From an uncultured Gemmataceae bacterium (GTDB lineage Bacteria > Planctomycetota > Planctomycetia > Gemmatales > Gemmataceae): 64,000 bases of DNA. Below are positions 53,599 through 64,000 of this stretch, piece after piece. The first letter of the stretch is position 1. Every line of letters starts with the position of its first letter. Location: contig CAVVPN010000004.1 in the NCBI GenBank assembly GCA_963750165.1, positions 800,001-864,000 on the forward strand, given 5' to 3'. The translations under genes were made by a program, and so were the position numbers. The notes under the pieces are model-generated. The model did not search any database. It was not told where the DNA came from and was given only the letters and a program-made list of their open reading frames with translations.

Positions 53599-54865
53599 AT
53601 GAAACCGTATGCCTTTCTCTTGAGCCTGGTTCTCGCTCTCACCCTGGCCCATTCGGCGGCGCGCGCAAGCACCGCCGTCCGACTGGATCGACCCGGTCAC
53701 CGGGCACCGCGTGCTTCGGCTGTCCGGGAACGGCGGCGGGTCGAGCCTGTATTTCCACCAGAACAGTTTCACGCCCAAGGGGGACAGGTTCATCTTCAAC
53801 ACCAGGGCGGGGATCATGGCGGTTGATGTGACGCGGCTTGGCAAGGAGCCGGTCAAGGCGGAGGTCGTCGTGCCGGGCGCACAGGCCAGCGCCGTCGCCT
53901 GGCGGACGCCGGATGTCTATTACATCAAGTCGGGCGCCCTGTTTGCCACGAACCTGGAGACGAAGGCGACGCGCAAGGTGACGGCAGCGCGCGGCACAGT
54001 CGTCAATGCCGACGAGACACTCGTCATCGGCACCGTGTACGATGCCGAGGCCGGCGCGAAAGTGAAAGCGCTGGGCCTGCCGATGCTGGTGACAGCCGAG
54101 CTGGCGCCGCGCGACGAACCACCCGGCCGTCTCAAGCCCGGCGGCCGTTCCCTGGCGCTGGTGGTCACCGACATCAAAACCGGGGCCGCCAGGAAGATCC
54201 ACTACTCGACCGAATGGCTCAATCACCTGCAAGCGTCGCCGGCCGACCCGCAGCGCTTGCTCTTTTGTCACGAGGGCGCCTGGCATCAGGTGGACCGCGT
54301 CTGGACCATCCGCACGAACGGCAAGGACCTCAAGCTCATGCACAAGCGGACCCTGCGCTACGAGATCGCGGGCCACGAGTTTTTCTCTCACGACGGCAAG
54401 TGGGTCTGGTACGATCTGCAGACGCCGCGCTCGAAGCAATTCTGGCTGGCGGGCGTGCATCTGGAAACCGGCGAGCGCATTCGTTATCGGATCGCCCGGG
54501 AGCACTGGTCGGTGCATTACAACATCTCGCGCGACGGCAAACTGTTCGCTGGCGACGGCGGCGGGCCGGGCAGCGTCGCCAACCTGACGCCGCTGCCGGA
54601 ACGCAAGACACTCAAGCCGCCGGGCAACGGGCAGGGGATTTTCCTGTTCACGCCGACTACCGACCCCTTCGAGACCGTCAAGGTCGGCGGCGATCCGGTC
54701 AAGGTCGGCAAGTTGGCCGTCCACAAGTTGGTGGACCTATCCAAACACGACTACCGATTGGAGCCGAACGTGCATATCACGCCCGATAACCGCTGGGTCG
54801 TGTTCCGCTCCAACATGCACGGCCCGACGCACGTGTATGCGGTGGAGGTGACGAAGCGCGAATAA
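53599..54865 (+). CDS. Oligogalacturonate lyase family protein; frameshift near 53665
   Basis: Signal peptide, WIDPVTGHRV.RLS, SLYFHQN.FT, WLNHLQ.SP, FCHEG.W, GHEFF, EPNVH.TPD. Confidence 0.85.
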
Positions 54866-54941
54866 CACCAATGCAGATTCGATCTGGAATTCCTTAACCA
54901 TCATCGACGGATGTCGTCCGCTCGTGGACGCCGCCGTGTCG

Positions 54942-56277
54942 TCATGCCAGCCGATCCGTTTCGGCCGCCGCGCGGTGGCGCAGGCACAGCACCAGGATTC
55001 CGCCGAGCAGCAGGGTGAGCGCCATGACGGCCAGTCCGGGAGCGAAGTGGCCGGTGGCCTCGAGCAGCCCACCCATGATGTTCGGGCCGAAGAAGGCCGC
55101 CAGGTTGGCGAGCGCGTTGATGAGCGCGATCCCGCCAGCCGCGGCGCGACTGCTGAGCAAGCCGGTCGGCAACGACCAGAACGGCCCCCACATGCTCATC
55201 ATGGCCGCCTGAGCCAACACCAGTCCCAGGAAACTCACCAGGGGAACCTCGCGCCAGACACTGAACGCCCAGCCCACGGCAGCGAGGAATGCCGGCCCGG
55301 CCACGTGCCAGCGCCGCTCGCCCGTCCGGTCGCTATGAGAGCCCACCGTCACGATGCTGAGCAGTGTGCAGGTGCCGGCAACCGCGGTCAACAGGCCGAT
55401 CTCAAACGAATTGAGCGCGGGGAAGCGATCCTGGATGAGGCGCGGGAAATAATAGGATAGCCCGCTGATGCCCAGCGCGATGGTGCTGGCCAGGGCGATC
55501 AGGTGCCAGACCCGGCGATCCGCGGCCGCCTGCAGCAGGCTCGAACCAGGGGGCTGCTGCCGAAGCCGTTCCTCCTGCGCCAGCCGCGCGACCAGCCAGG
55601 ACCGTTCCTCCGGTGCCAGCCAGCGCGCCTGTTCCGGACGGTCGGTGAGATAGGCGAGCGTGACGACACCCAGGGCCACCGCTGGCAACCCTTCGAGGAG
55701 GAACAACCATTGCCAGCCCTTCAGGCCGGCGCACTCGTGCAGCAGTTCCAGCAGCGCCCCGGAGAGCGGTCCGCCCAGCATCCACACCAGGGGCGAGGCG
55801 ACCATGAGCAGGGCCACGGCCCGAGCCCGCTGACGTGCGGGGAACCAGTAGGTCAGGTAAAGCACGATCCCAGGGAAAAACCCTGCCTCCGCACAACCCA
55901 GCAGGAAGCGGAGCAGGATGAAGCTCCCCGAGCCGGTGACGAACATCATGGCCGTGGAGATCAGCCCCCAGCTGACGAGGATGCGCCAGCCAGCGGCGGG
56001 CGCCCATGCGGCTCAGGATCAGATTGCTCGGCACCTCGAGCAGGCAGTAGCCGACGAAGAAGATCCCCGCCCCCAGCGCATACGCCTTTTCACTCATCTC
56101 CAGGTCCGTGAGCATGGTGTGCAGGCGGGCAAAACCAATGTTCACGCGGTCGAGGATGTTGATGAAGTAGAGCAAACCCAGGAAGGGGATCAACCGCAGC
56201 GTCACCTTGCGGAGCACCTGCTGCGCCAGCAGTTCCTCACCCGGGCTTTTCGTTACGCTGTCCGAGGCGGCGCTCAT
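54942..56277 (-). CDS. MFS transporter (anion:cation symporter type); frameshift near 55990
   Basis: LDRVNIGFA, IFFVGYCLLEVPSN, RFLLG.AEAGFFPG, YLTYWFP, GWQWLFLLEGLP. Confidence 0.9.
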
Positions 56278-56303
56278 GGGAACCTCGCGTCCGCGGCTGG
56301 CGG

Positions 56304-57129
56304 TTACCAGCGAATGTCCGACTGTACCGGCTGGCGGTGCATGTCCTGGCGCTCGGCAATGGGCCAGGCCCGCAGTTCGCCGACCAGCTCAACCAGGCCA
56401 TTGACTGCGGCCTCGAAGAGGATTCGTCCCTTCTCGGCCGTTGCCTTGGTCGCGTCGCCATGCACTCCGATCTGCGTCCAGCGGCCCCAGAAGTCATTGA
56501 AGCGCACGGGGTAGTTCCGGGTGCTGTCACTGCTGACGTACTTGCCCATCCGGTCGTCGCCTCTGGCGGCCAGGTCCATCCGCACTCGATCCGGGGCCAG
56601 ATGCAGGTAGAGCGAGGTCTCGAACTCATCGGCATGGGCCATGACTTCAGACTCACGGATCGGCTCGAACGCCTTGAGCAAAAACGTCGAGTAGCCAGTC
56701 GCGAAGCAGAGCGATTTGGTTTCGAGCACTGTCTTGCGCAATGAGGTCGATCAAGGGGGTGTTGGAGCCGTGGCCGTTGACGATCAGGATCTTCTCGAAG
56801 CCGTGATAGGCGACGCTCTTGGTGATGTTCAGGCCGAAAGCGATGAAGGTCTCCGGCTCGATGTGGATGGTGCCGGGGAAGTCAATGTGGTGCAGGTTCA
56901 GCCCGTAGGCGATGGGCGGCAGCACGAGCACCTGGTCCGCGACGCGGCGGCCGACCTCCAGGCACACCGATTCACACAGGAACAGGTCCACGTCCAGGGG
57001 GAGGTGTTTGCCGTGCTGTTCGGTCGAGGCGGTCGGCAGGATCACCAGCTTCTGGGCGGCAATCGCCTCGTTCATCTCGGGCCAGGTGAGACGGTTGTAA
57101 CGGTACTCAGTCGAAGATTTAGCAGACAA
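56304..57129 (-). CDS. Creatininase family amidohydrolase; frameshift near 56740
   Basis: STEQHGKHLPL.VD, HHIDFPGTI, NGHGSN, HADEFETS, G..GDATKATAEKG. Confidence 0.88.
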
Positions 57130-57269
57130 TTTTAATCCTCTGTGAGGGTGCAGGTCGCCACGGCAGCGGGGCAGGGTCCAGTCACTTGACCAGCGTCTCC
57201 CGGAGCGCCCAGGCCGTGAAGAAGTTGGCCGCCGGCGTACGCTTCCGGCTACAGAACTCCAGATATTTC

Positions 57270-58685
57270 CTATTTCTTCTTTTTCGTCTGGAGTGGAAAT
57301 CGCTCCGGCGAATAGGGGCCGCCGTTCGCATCCCGAAGTTCATTGGTGCGTCGCCGCATGCGTTCCAGCAAGGCGGCGTGGCCTTCCTCGCGAGCCAGGT
57401 TCTTCAACTCCTGCGGATCTGCTTTGAGATCGTGCAGGAACTCGTACACCGGCTTTTGCGTGAAGTAGCGGGCGTAGACGTAGCGTTCAGCGCGGACCCC
57501 TTCCCACTGCGGGATGTCCGCATGGACGAAGAGGTGCTCGCAAAAGAAGTCGCTCCGCCACTTGACCTGCTCGCCGCGCAGCAGCGGCACGAGGCTGCGT
57601 CCCTGGTATTCCTGGGGGACTTCGAGCCCGGCGAACGAAAGTAAGGTTGGTGCGATGTCGATGTTCAGCGACAGTTCGTCCGTCGTCTTGCCGCGGCGTC
57701 CGGCCGGCAGCCGTGGATCGGCGATGAGCAGCGGGACGCGCAGCGACTCCTCGTAATGGACCCATTTGCCGGAGAAACCGCGTTCGCCCAGGAAATAGCC
57801 ATTGTCGGACATGAAAATGATGACGGTGTTCTCCGCGAGACCGAGGCGTTCGAGTTCAGCGAGGAGCCGGCCGATTTCCTGGTCGATGCCGGAGATCATG
57901 CGGTAATACGCCCGCACGTTCTTCGCATATTTCTCCGGCGTGTCAAATTGCCAGTACCAGCGGATGCGGTTCAGCGATTTGCGCAGGAACTCCGGCTCGG
58001 CCTGGAAATACTTCTCGGCAACGAGGGGCGGCGGCGGAATGCGGACGTTGTCGTACAGACCGTCCACGGTTTTCGGCCACGGATAGAGGTTGTCGAGCTT
58101 GCCGTCTTCGGCGTGCGGGCTGTTGAAACTGATCGAGAGGCAGAACGGCTGCTGCGCGGGTTGGGTCTTCAGAAACGCAATGGCTCGATCAGTCGCGATC
58201 TGATCGATATGGCGGGTTTCGCCTGATTTTTGCTTGCGCTGATAGGGGTAGCCGATCGGCACCAGGAGGTCGAACATTTTCGCTGCCTGACCGGCCTGCA
58301 CGGCGACGCCGAACTTGCCGATGAGCGCCGTGCGATAGCCGGCCTGGCGCAGGAGGAAGGGGTAACTGCGGGCGCAATGCGCGGCCGCCAGCGGCGGGGT
58401 GCCGAAGGTGAACTTGTGGGTGCGCTCGTACAGGCCGGTGAGAATCGAGGCCCGGCTGGCGGCGCAGATCGGCGTCGTCACGAAGCTGTTGCGGAAGCGC
58501 ACGCCGCGCGCCGCCAGGCGATCAAGATTGGGCGTCTTGACGATCGGATGGCCGGCACACCCGAGGGCGTCGAAGCGCTGGTCATCGGTCAGGATGAACA
58601 GGAGGTTCGGCTTCTTCTCCTGGGCGTGCACCGACGGGGCGGCCCCGAAGCACAGGAGGCAAAAAGCGAGGAGCGCGTGACGCAT
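57270..58685 (-). CDS. Secreted sulfatase (formylglycine-dependent)
   Basis: PNLLFILTDD, TPNLDRLA, ICAASRASILTG, GK, PH, SDNG, YEESLRVP. Confidence 0.92.
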   Translation of the reverse strand: MRHALLAFCLLCFGAAPSVHAQEKKPNLLFILTDDQRFDALGCAGHPIVKTPNLDRLAARGVRFRNSFVTTPICAASRASILTGLYERTHKFTFGTPPLAAAHCARSYPFLLRQAGYRTALIGKFGVAVQAGQAAKMFDLLVPIGYPYQRKQKSGETRHIDQIATDRAIAFLKTQPAQQPFCLSISFNSPHAEDGKLDNLYPWPKTVDGLYDNVRIPPPPLVAEKYFQAEPEFLRKSLNRIRWYWQFDTPEKYAKNVRAYYRMISGIDQEIGRLLAELERLGLAENTVIIFMSDNGYFLGERGFSGKWVHYEESLRVPLLIADPRLPAGRRGKTTDELSLNIDIAPTLLSFAGLEVPQEYQGRSLVPLLRGEQVKWRSDFFCEHLFVHADIPQWEGVRAERYVYARYFTQKPVYEFLHDLKADPQELKNLAREEGHAALLERMRRRTNELRDANGGPYSPERFPLQTKKKK

Positions 58686-58704
58686 GGCAATGCTGCCCTC
58701 CGTA

Positions 58705-59649
58705 TTATCGCTTGCGGTCGAGGATGTTCGTGTTGGAGACCGAGTTCCCCCAGCGGTCGAACTGGTCGAAGGTCCAGACGACGCGCTTCGTGGCCGGCTC
58801 GATCTCCACGAGCAGCGGTTGGCCCTTGCCGGCGTGGCAGTTGCCGATCACGTAGTTGCCGTTGGGCAGCACTTCCAGCGTCGTCACCCAGGCCAGCACG
58901 ATGTTCGGCAAATCCTTCTGGTGAACCTGCCAGACGATTTTCCTGGCCGGCGTCACCTCCAGGATCGCGTGGCCGTTGCCGGTGGTGATCAACGTGTTGC
59001 CGTTCTTCAGCCGCACGGCCGCAAAAGCCTGGTTGCCCCAGGCCTCGGGGCCGTGGCCGCCGCGCGGCTTGCGGTCGAACAGCGGAACCTGATATTCCCA
59101 GACGACGGCCCCCCGGGCGTCATACTCACGGACGGCGCCGTCGCCTTCGTGGCAGACCAGGTAATTGCCCGTGGCCAGTTTGCGGACAAGGCGGGTGTCG
59201 TGGTGCGGGCTCGGGCGCTGCACCTTGAGCTTGATCTCGCGGTGGATCGTCCCCGCGCGGTCGATCTCGATGATCCGGCCGATGCCCGACTCGGCGATCA
59301 TGACCTTGCCGTCGGCGAGTGGTTGGAAGGAATGCACCTCGACCGGCTTGCCCTGGTTGCCGTTCCGCGTGCCACTGTCGTACGACCAGACGACCTTCTT
59401 CGTTTTCGGGTCGATCTCCACGACCTTGCTGGCGCCTTGCTGGACCATGATGTGGCCGTTGGCGAGGACGTGCAGGTCATGGATGCCGCCCCAGGGCATG
59501 TCCCATTCGACCCGGCCCTGGGCATCGACGATGGCCAACTTGCCGTTGCCCTGCACCAGCACGCGGTGCTGCGCCGACGCCAGCGGTGGGGCCAGTAAAA
59601 GTACCGTGGCGAGCAGGGCGAGACGGAAAACCAGCAGCAGATGCGTCAT
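58705..59649 (-). CDS. Secreted PQQ-like beta-propeller protein
   Basis: Signal peptide; repeated L.NGN..I...V.E.....VVW units. Confidence 0.75.
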   Translation of the reverse strand: MTHLLLVFRLALLATVLLLAPPLASAQHRVLVQGNGKLAIVDAQGRVEWDMPWGGIHDLHVLANGHIMVQQGASKVVEIDPKTKKVVWSYDSGTRNGNQGKPVEVHSFQPLADGKVMIAESGIGRIIEIDRAGTIHREIKLKVQRPSPHHDTRLVRKLATGNYLVCHEGDGAVREYDARGAVVWEYQVPLFDRKPRGGHGPEAWGNQAFAAVRLKNGNTLITTGNGHAILEVTPARKIVWQVHQKDLPNIVLAWVTTLEVLPNGNYVIGNCHAGKGQPLLVEIEPATKRVVWTFDQFDRWGNSVSNTNILDRKR

Positions 59650-59747
59650 GTTACACTCCTGGAATATGCAAAGCGTGTTGGCGGACGTGGCGGGACGCCG
59701 GGCCCCACCACGGGTGGCGTGGTACGACCGGCGCTGGCACTTCGGAC

Positions 59748-60459
59748 TCAGCCACCAGGGGCGCCCAGCCCCTCGAACAGCACCGTGCCCAACCGCACCA
59801 GCGTCGCGCCCTCCTCGACCGCCACCTCAAAGTCGTTGCTCATGCCCATCGACAGCTGCTCCAGGCCGTGGCCTTCCGGCAACCGCGGCCGCAGTCGCTC
59901 GGCCAGTTCGTGCAGCCCCGCAAATGTCGGCCGGCAGCGCTCCGCGTCCTCCTCATACGCCGCCAGCGTCATCAGGCCGCGCACGCGCAGCGCGCCGCAG
60001 CGCCGCCAGGTGCGGCAGCACGGCGGCGACCTCCGGCGGCGCGAAGCCGTGCTTGCTCGCCTCACCGCTGACATTGACCTCCAGCAGCACCGGCACGTCG
60101 CGATGCTGTTTGACCGCTTCCTGGTCCAGCGCCTCCAGCAGCCGCAGGCTATCCGCCGAGTGGATCAGCTCCGCCAGCGGCAGTGTCCGCTCGATCTTGT
60201 TGCGCTGCAAATGGCCGATCAGGTGCCAGTGGACACCCGCCGGCAGTGCCGCCGCCTTGCGCCACAGCTCCTGGGGCCGGTTCTCGCCGAGGTGCGCGAC
60301 GCCCAGCGCCGGCAGCAGAGCGGCCACGTCGGCGGCGACGGTTTTGGTGACCGCGACCAACGTCACCGCGGCGCGCGGCCGCCGCGCCCGGGCACAAGCA
60401 GCGCACAGCCGCGTCTCGACCGCGGCCAGCCGGCTGCTCAGGATGTCCAGCGCTTCCAT
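59748..60459 (-). CDS. yggS: PLP homeostasis protein YggS family; frameshift near 60000
   Basis: LVAVTK, GENRPQE, WHLIGHLQRNK, VNVSGEASKHG, GLMT, LSMGMSNDF...A.EEGATLVRLG. Confidence 0.92.
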
Positions 60460-60560
60460 TGATCTTTCCTCACGCGACGGCCTGTCGCTAAGATAGCCGG
60501 TGTTCGCGGCAAAGGCAGCGCGCTAAGCCGCAAGCGGCAGGAAAGAAGGGACTCCATTTC

Positions 60561-61867
60561 ATGGCCGAGATTCGCGCATTCCGCGGCTACCGCTACGACC
60601 TGGGCCGCGTCGGGGCGCTCAGCGACGTGATCGCGCCGCCCTACGATGTCATCGACGCGGCGCTGCAACAGCAGCTCTACGACCGCAGCCCCTACAACGT
60701 CGTCCGCCTCATCCTCAACAAGGAGGAGCCGACTGACGACGAGCAGCACAACCGCTACACGCGCGCCGCCGGCTACCTGCGCGACTGGCAGCAGACGGGC
60801 ATTCTCGCTCAGGACTCGGCGCGGTCGCTGTACGTGTATCACCAGGACTTCGAGGTCGAGGGCCGCCGCCACACCCGCAAGGGTTTCATGGCTCGCGTCC
60901 GCCTGGAGGGCTTCGGCCAGGGTCGCATCTTCCCGCACGAGCAGACGCTGGCCGGGCCCAGGGCGGATCGCCTGAAACTGTTTCACGCCACCGCCATGAA
61001 CCTCAGCCAGGTCTTCGGCATGTTCCCCGACGAACAGGGCGAGGTGCAGGCACTGCTGGACGGGGCGGTCGGCCGGGCGCTGCCGGTCCAGGCGACGGAC
61101 CACCTCGGCGTCGTCAGCCGGCTGTGGCCGGTCACGGACCAGCAGGTCGTCAGCGCCGTCACCGGCCTGCTGGGGCCGAAGCCGATCTTCATCGCCGACG
61201 GCCATCACCGCTACGAGACGGCCCTGCGCTACCTGGACGAGCGCCGCGCCGCCGGCGAGGTGCCCGACGACGAGGCGCCCGCCAACTTCGTGCTAATGAT
61301 GCTGGTGTCGATGAGCGACCCGGGCCTGGTCATCCTGCCGACGCACCGTCTCGTGTCCGGGCTCCCGCGCGCGCTGACCGCCGCCCAGTTGCAGGCGGCG
61401 CTGTACGAGCACTTCGAACTGGAAGAGGTCGGCCACGGCGAACAGGGGGCGCACGACACCTGGGAGTTGATGCAGGGCAGTCAGGAAGTGCTGGGCCTGG
61501 GCACCGTCGCGGATGGCATCTGGCAGGTGGCGCGGTTCCGGCGCCCGCGCTGATGGCGCAGCTGGCGGCGGAGCACAGCACCGCCTGGCAGCGGTTGGCG
61601 GTGAGCGTGCTGCACGTCGTCGTGCTGGAGAAGTTGCTGCCGGATGCGGGCTTCGGCGCCGGCCAGTGCCGCTACGTCCACCTGCTGCGCGAGGTAACCG
61701 ACGCCACGGCGGCGAGGGAGTGCCAGCTGGCGGTGCTGGTGCCGCCGGCGACCATGCAGCACGTCGAGCAGATCGCTGGCAACCTGGAGAAGATGCCGCC
61801 TAAATCGACGTACTTTTATCCGAAATTGCTGAGCGGGTTGGTGTTTCACTCGCTCAAGAACCAGTGA
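60561..61867 (+). CDS. DUF1015 family protein; frameshift near 61545
   Basis: APPYDVI, PHEQT, IADGHHRYETA, ILPTHR, MPPKSTYFYPKLLSGLV. Confidence 0.9.
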
Positions 61868-61910
61868 AGGCGCCCCAAAACGCACCGGTCCCGTTTACGT
61901 TTCGCGCCGC

Positions 61911-62927
61911 TCACTCCTCCACGACGAACCGCTCGAAGGCGGCCATGAGCGTCGGGTCGAACTGCGCGCCGAAGCCGGCGCGGATGACCTGGGCGGCCTG
62001 CGCCGGCGGCATGGCGCCGCGGTAGGCGCGCGAACTCGTCAGTGCGTCGAAGCAGTCGGCGATGGTCAACACGCGGGCCAGCAGCGGGATCTGCTCGCCG
62101 ACCAGGCCGTCGGGGTAGCCCTGGCCGTCGTAGCGCTCGTGATGGCTGCGAATGGCCGCCAGCACCGTCGGGTTGTGGATGATCGGCGACAGGATGCGCT
62201 CGCCCATCTCGGGGTGCGTCCGCACCACCGCGTACTCATCGTCCGACAGCCGCCCTGGCTTGTTCAGGATCGCCTCGGGCACGGCCACCTTGCCGATGTC
62301 GTGCAGCTTCGCCGCCAGGCGCAACTGCTGCCGTTGCCGTTCGTCCAGGACCAGGCCCTCCGCCAACCGCAGCGCGTAGGTGCCCACGCGCAGCGAGTGG
62401 CCGGACGTGTACGGGTCGCGCGCCTCCAGGGTGCGCACCAGGCTGTCGATGGCCGACAGGTACGTCTGCCGCACCTGCCGCGTTCGCCGCTGGACCATGC
62501 GCTCCAGCCGGCGGTGCTGCTGGTCCTTCTCACGCCGGGCGTGGTATTCGCGCAGCGTGCTCTCCAGAACGTGGCGGAACTCGTCGAGTTGGATCGGCTT
62601 GAGGAAGTAGTGGTGGGCGCCCGCCTGCAGGCATCGGGTGACCGCGTCTTCCTCGTAGCCGGCGGTGATGACGATGATGGCCACGTCGGGCCAGCGCTTC
62701 TGAATCTCGCTCACCAGCCAGACGCCGCCGCGGCCGGGCATGCGCAGGTCGGTGACGACGATTGGTGTCGGTCGCTCTTCCAGCAGCCGCAGCGCATGCT
62801 CGGCGCTGGCCGCGGCCTGGCATTCGTACTGCCACGATTGCGCGGCGCGGACCAGCACGTCACGGGCGTGGGGTTCGTCGTCCACGACGGTGACCGTGGC
62901 CGACTCAATCAGCTGAGGGGAGATCAT
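61911..62927 (-). CDS. Response regulator with HD-GYP cyclic di-GMP phosphodiesterase domain
   Basis: Receiver (VVDDE, TDLRMP, LKP) + YTSGHS.RV, LHDIGK, HHERYDGQGYP, AD.FDALTS.RAYR. Confidence 0.92.
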   Translation of the reverse strand: MISPQLIESATVTVVDDEPHARDVLVRAAQSWQYECQAAASAEHALRLLEERPTPIVVTDLRMPGRGGVWLVSEIQKRWPDVAIIVITAGYEEDAVTRCLQAGAHHYFLKPIQLDEFRHVLESTLREYHARREKDQQHRRLERMVQRRTRQVRQTYLSAIDSLVRTLEARDPYTSGHSLRVGTYALRLAEGLVLDERQRQQLRLAAKLHDIGKVAVPEAILNKPGRLSDDEYAVVRTHPEMGERILSPIIHNPTVLAAIRSHHERYDGQGYPDGLVGEQIPLLARVLTIADCFDALTSSRAYRGAMPPAQAAQVIRAGFGAQFDPTLMAAFERFVVEE

Positions 62928-63954
62928 ACCCTGGTCGCTCCATCGCTTCGGGATCCAGTCAGGTTCGTCACGGTGTAAGATAGTTCAGATGCACAAAGGC
63001 ATCCGGCGAGGATTGCACCGGAAGAACCTGCGCGAGAGTGTGTGTGAGAAGAATACCCCAGATTTGGCGAGAATGCCAATTTTTCTTTTTCGTTGTACAG
63101 CAGAGGTTGGACGCAGGGAGTAGGCAGCGCGTTCCGAAAACCCCAACCCGTCCCCTGGCAGGTCACGGATGCACCTCCTGGTTCTGATCGGCGCCCGAGC
63201 GCCAGCGCGGGGGCAACGCTGTCCCGCGCTGGCGCTCGGGCGCCGATCAGCGGCCGGCGCCGCGCTTGAATTATGTTGACCGGCTCCCTATGGTATTCCC
63301 ATAATGTGAAGATACCCTCCCGACGTGTGCCCGCGGCGGGGGGTGGGACCACCAGCGCCGCCCAGCGGGGCGGTGTTTGTCCGCGTCAGGGACGGCGCTG
63401 GTTTTGATTTTTCAGAGTTGACTTTTGCAATCGAGGTCCGCGGCTTCCAGGGCCGACAGGGTGTTCGCCAGAAGCGCCGCGGTGACCGAACCAAAAACGC
63501 CAAAGCCGCCACACCGAACAATCCACGGATTTCCATGATCCTTCTCTGGTTGCTATGGGTGGGCCTCGTCCTGGCAGGAATCGCCGTCCTGCCGGGCCGG
63601 CAGACGTGGCGCGGGATGGGCTTCCCTGGGGCACGGTTGCTCCCAACCGCCATCGGGTGCCACACCGGCACTGGCCCGGAGCCCCTCGGCCCGGGTCCGC
63701 GCGGGGCCGCCCGGCGGCCCCCGCTGGGGGGGAACGGCCTGGCCGCGCCCGCGGTCCGACTGCGCCTCCGGCCCGATTCCGTGCGCTGGCCAACGACGTT
63801 GCGGTTCCGGTCACTTTGCGGCCCCGCTCTATTCTGGTTGACGCTCGGGGATGTCCGTCCCGGCGGAGGGTTCTTTTCCCTCCCCGGCGGTGCCGCGCGC
63901 GGCGCGGTGGCCGGGCACTCTGGAAGCATGGCGGGCCCGAAAGGAGTGGCCTCC

Positions 63955-64000
63955 ATGCCCGTCGATAGCGTCGTCGTGGTCTGGACATGCCTGGCCGCTT
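63955..64000 (+). CDS. Probable start of a CDS running off the window
   Basis: AAGGAG RBS then ATG CCC GTC GAT (MPVDSVVVVWTCLAA...). Confidence 0.4.
   Translation, partial: MPVDSVVVVWTCLAA

Noticed and set aside
58452..58466. Sulfatase CAASR motif as a sign of inactivity
   Set aside because: CxAxR is a known variant of the formylglycine motif
63480..63530. c-di-GMP-I riboswitch upstream of the HD-GYP gene (acgccaaagcc)
   Set aside because: Wrong strand for that gene, and the GGCAAAC/GNRA stem architecture is not present

Overview
High-GC bacterial chromosome segment, most likely a Planctomycete of the Gemmataceae type. This is inferred from the planctomycete cytochrome-c/WD40 protein, the DUF6807/PmoA-like protein, Uma2 nucleases, a sulfatase and the GyrA QRDR sequence. 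Housekeeping genes (recG, argH, gyrA, queC, queD, maf, yggS, hmgA, otsA-like) are interspersed with secreted proteins, three tandem MuiA-family (DUF4140/DUF4139) paralogues, decayed toxin-antitoxin modules, an IS remnant and many REP/REPIN- and MITE-like intergenic elements. About a dozen genes carry single frameshifts, almost all in GCGC runs, which look like long-read errors. The best candidate for an undescribed system is 47173..48783 (-). It is a single protein fusing a UNG-like uracil-DNA-glycosylase domain, with both catalytic residues apparently changed to Asn, to an R-S-E (ExE) ADP-ribosyltransferase, an architecture suggesting a modified-DNA sensor coupled to a toxic effector. Other candidates are a cytoplasmic gluzincin protease + ComEC-like MBL hydrolase + lipase-fold operon (89..4806), an antitoxin paired with a Tpt1/KptA-like ART-fold gene (10205..11128), and a family of MITE-like shells carrying interchangeable cargo. 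No rRNA, tRNA or CRISPR array was recognised. All product calls come from motif recognition, not database searches.
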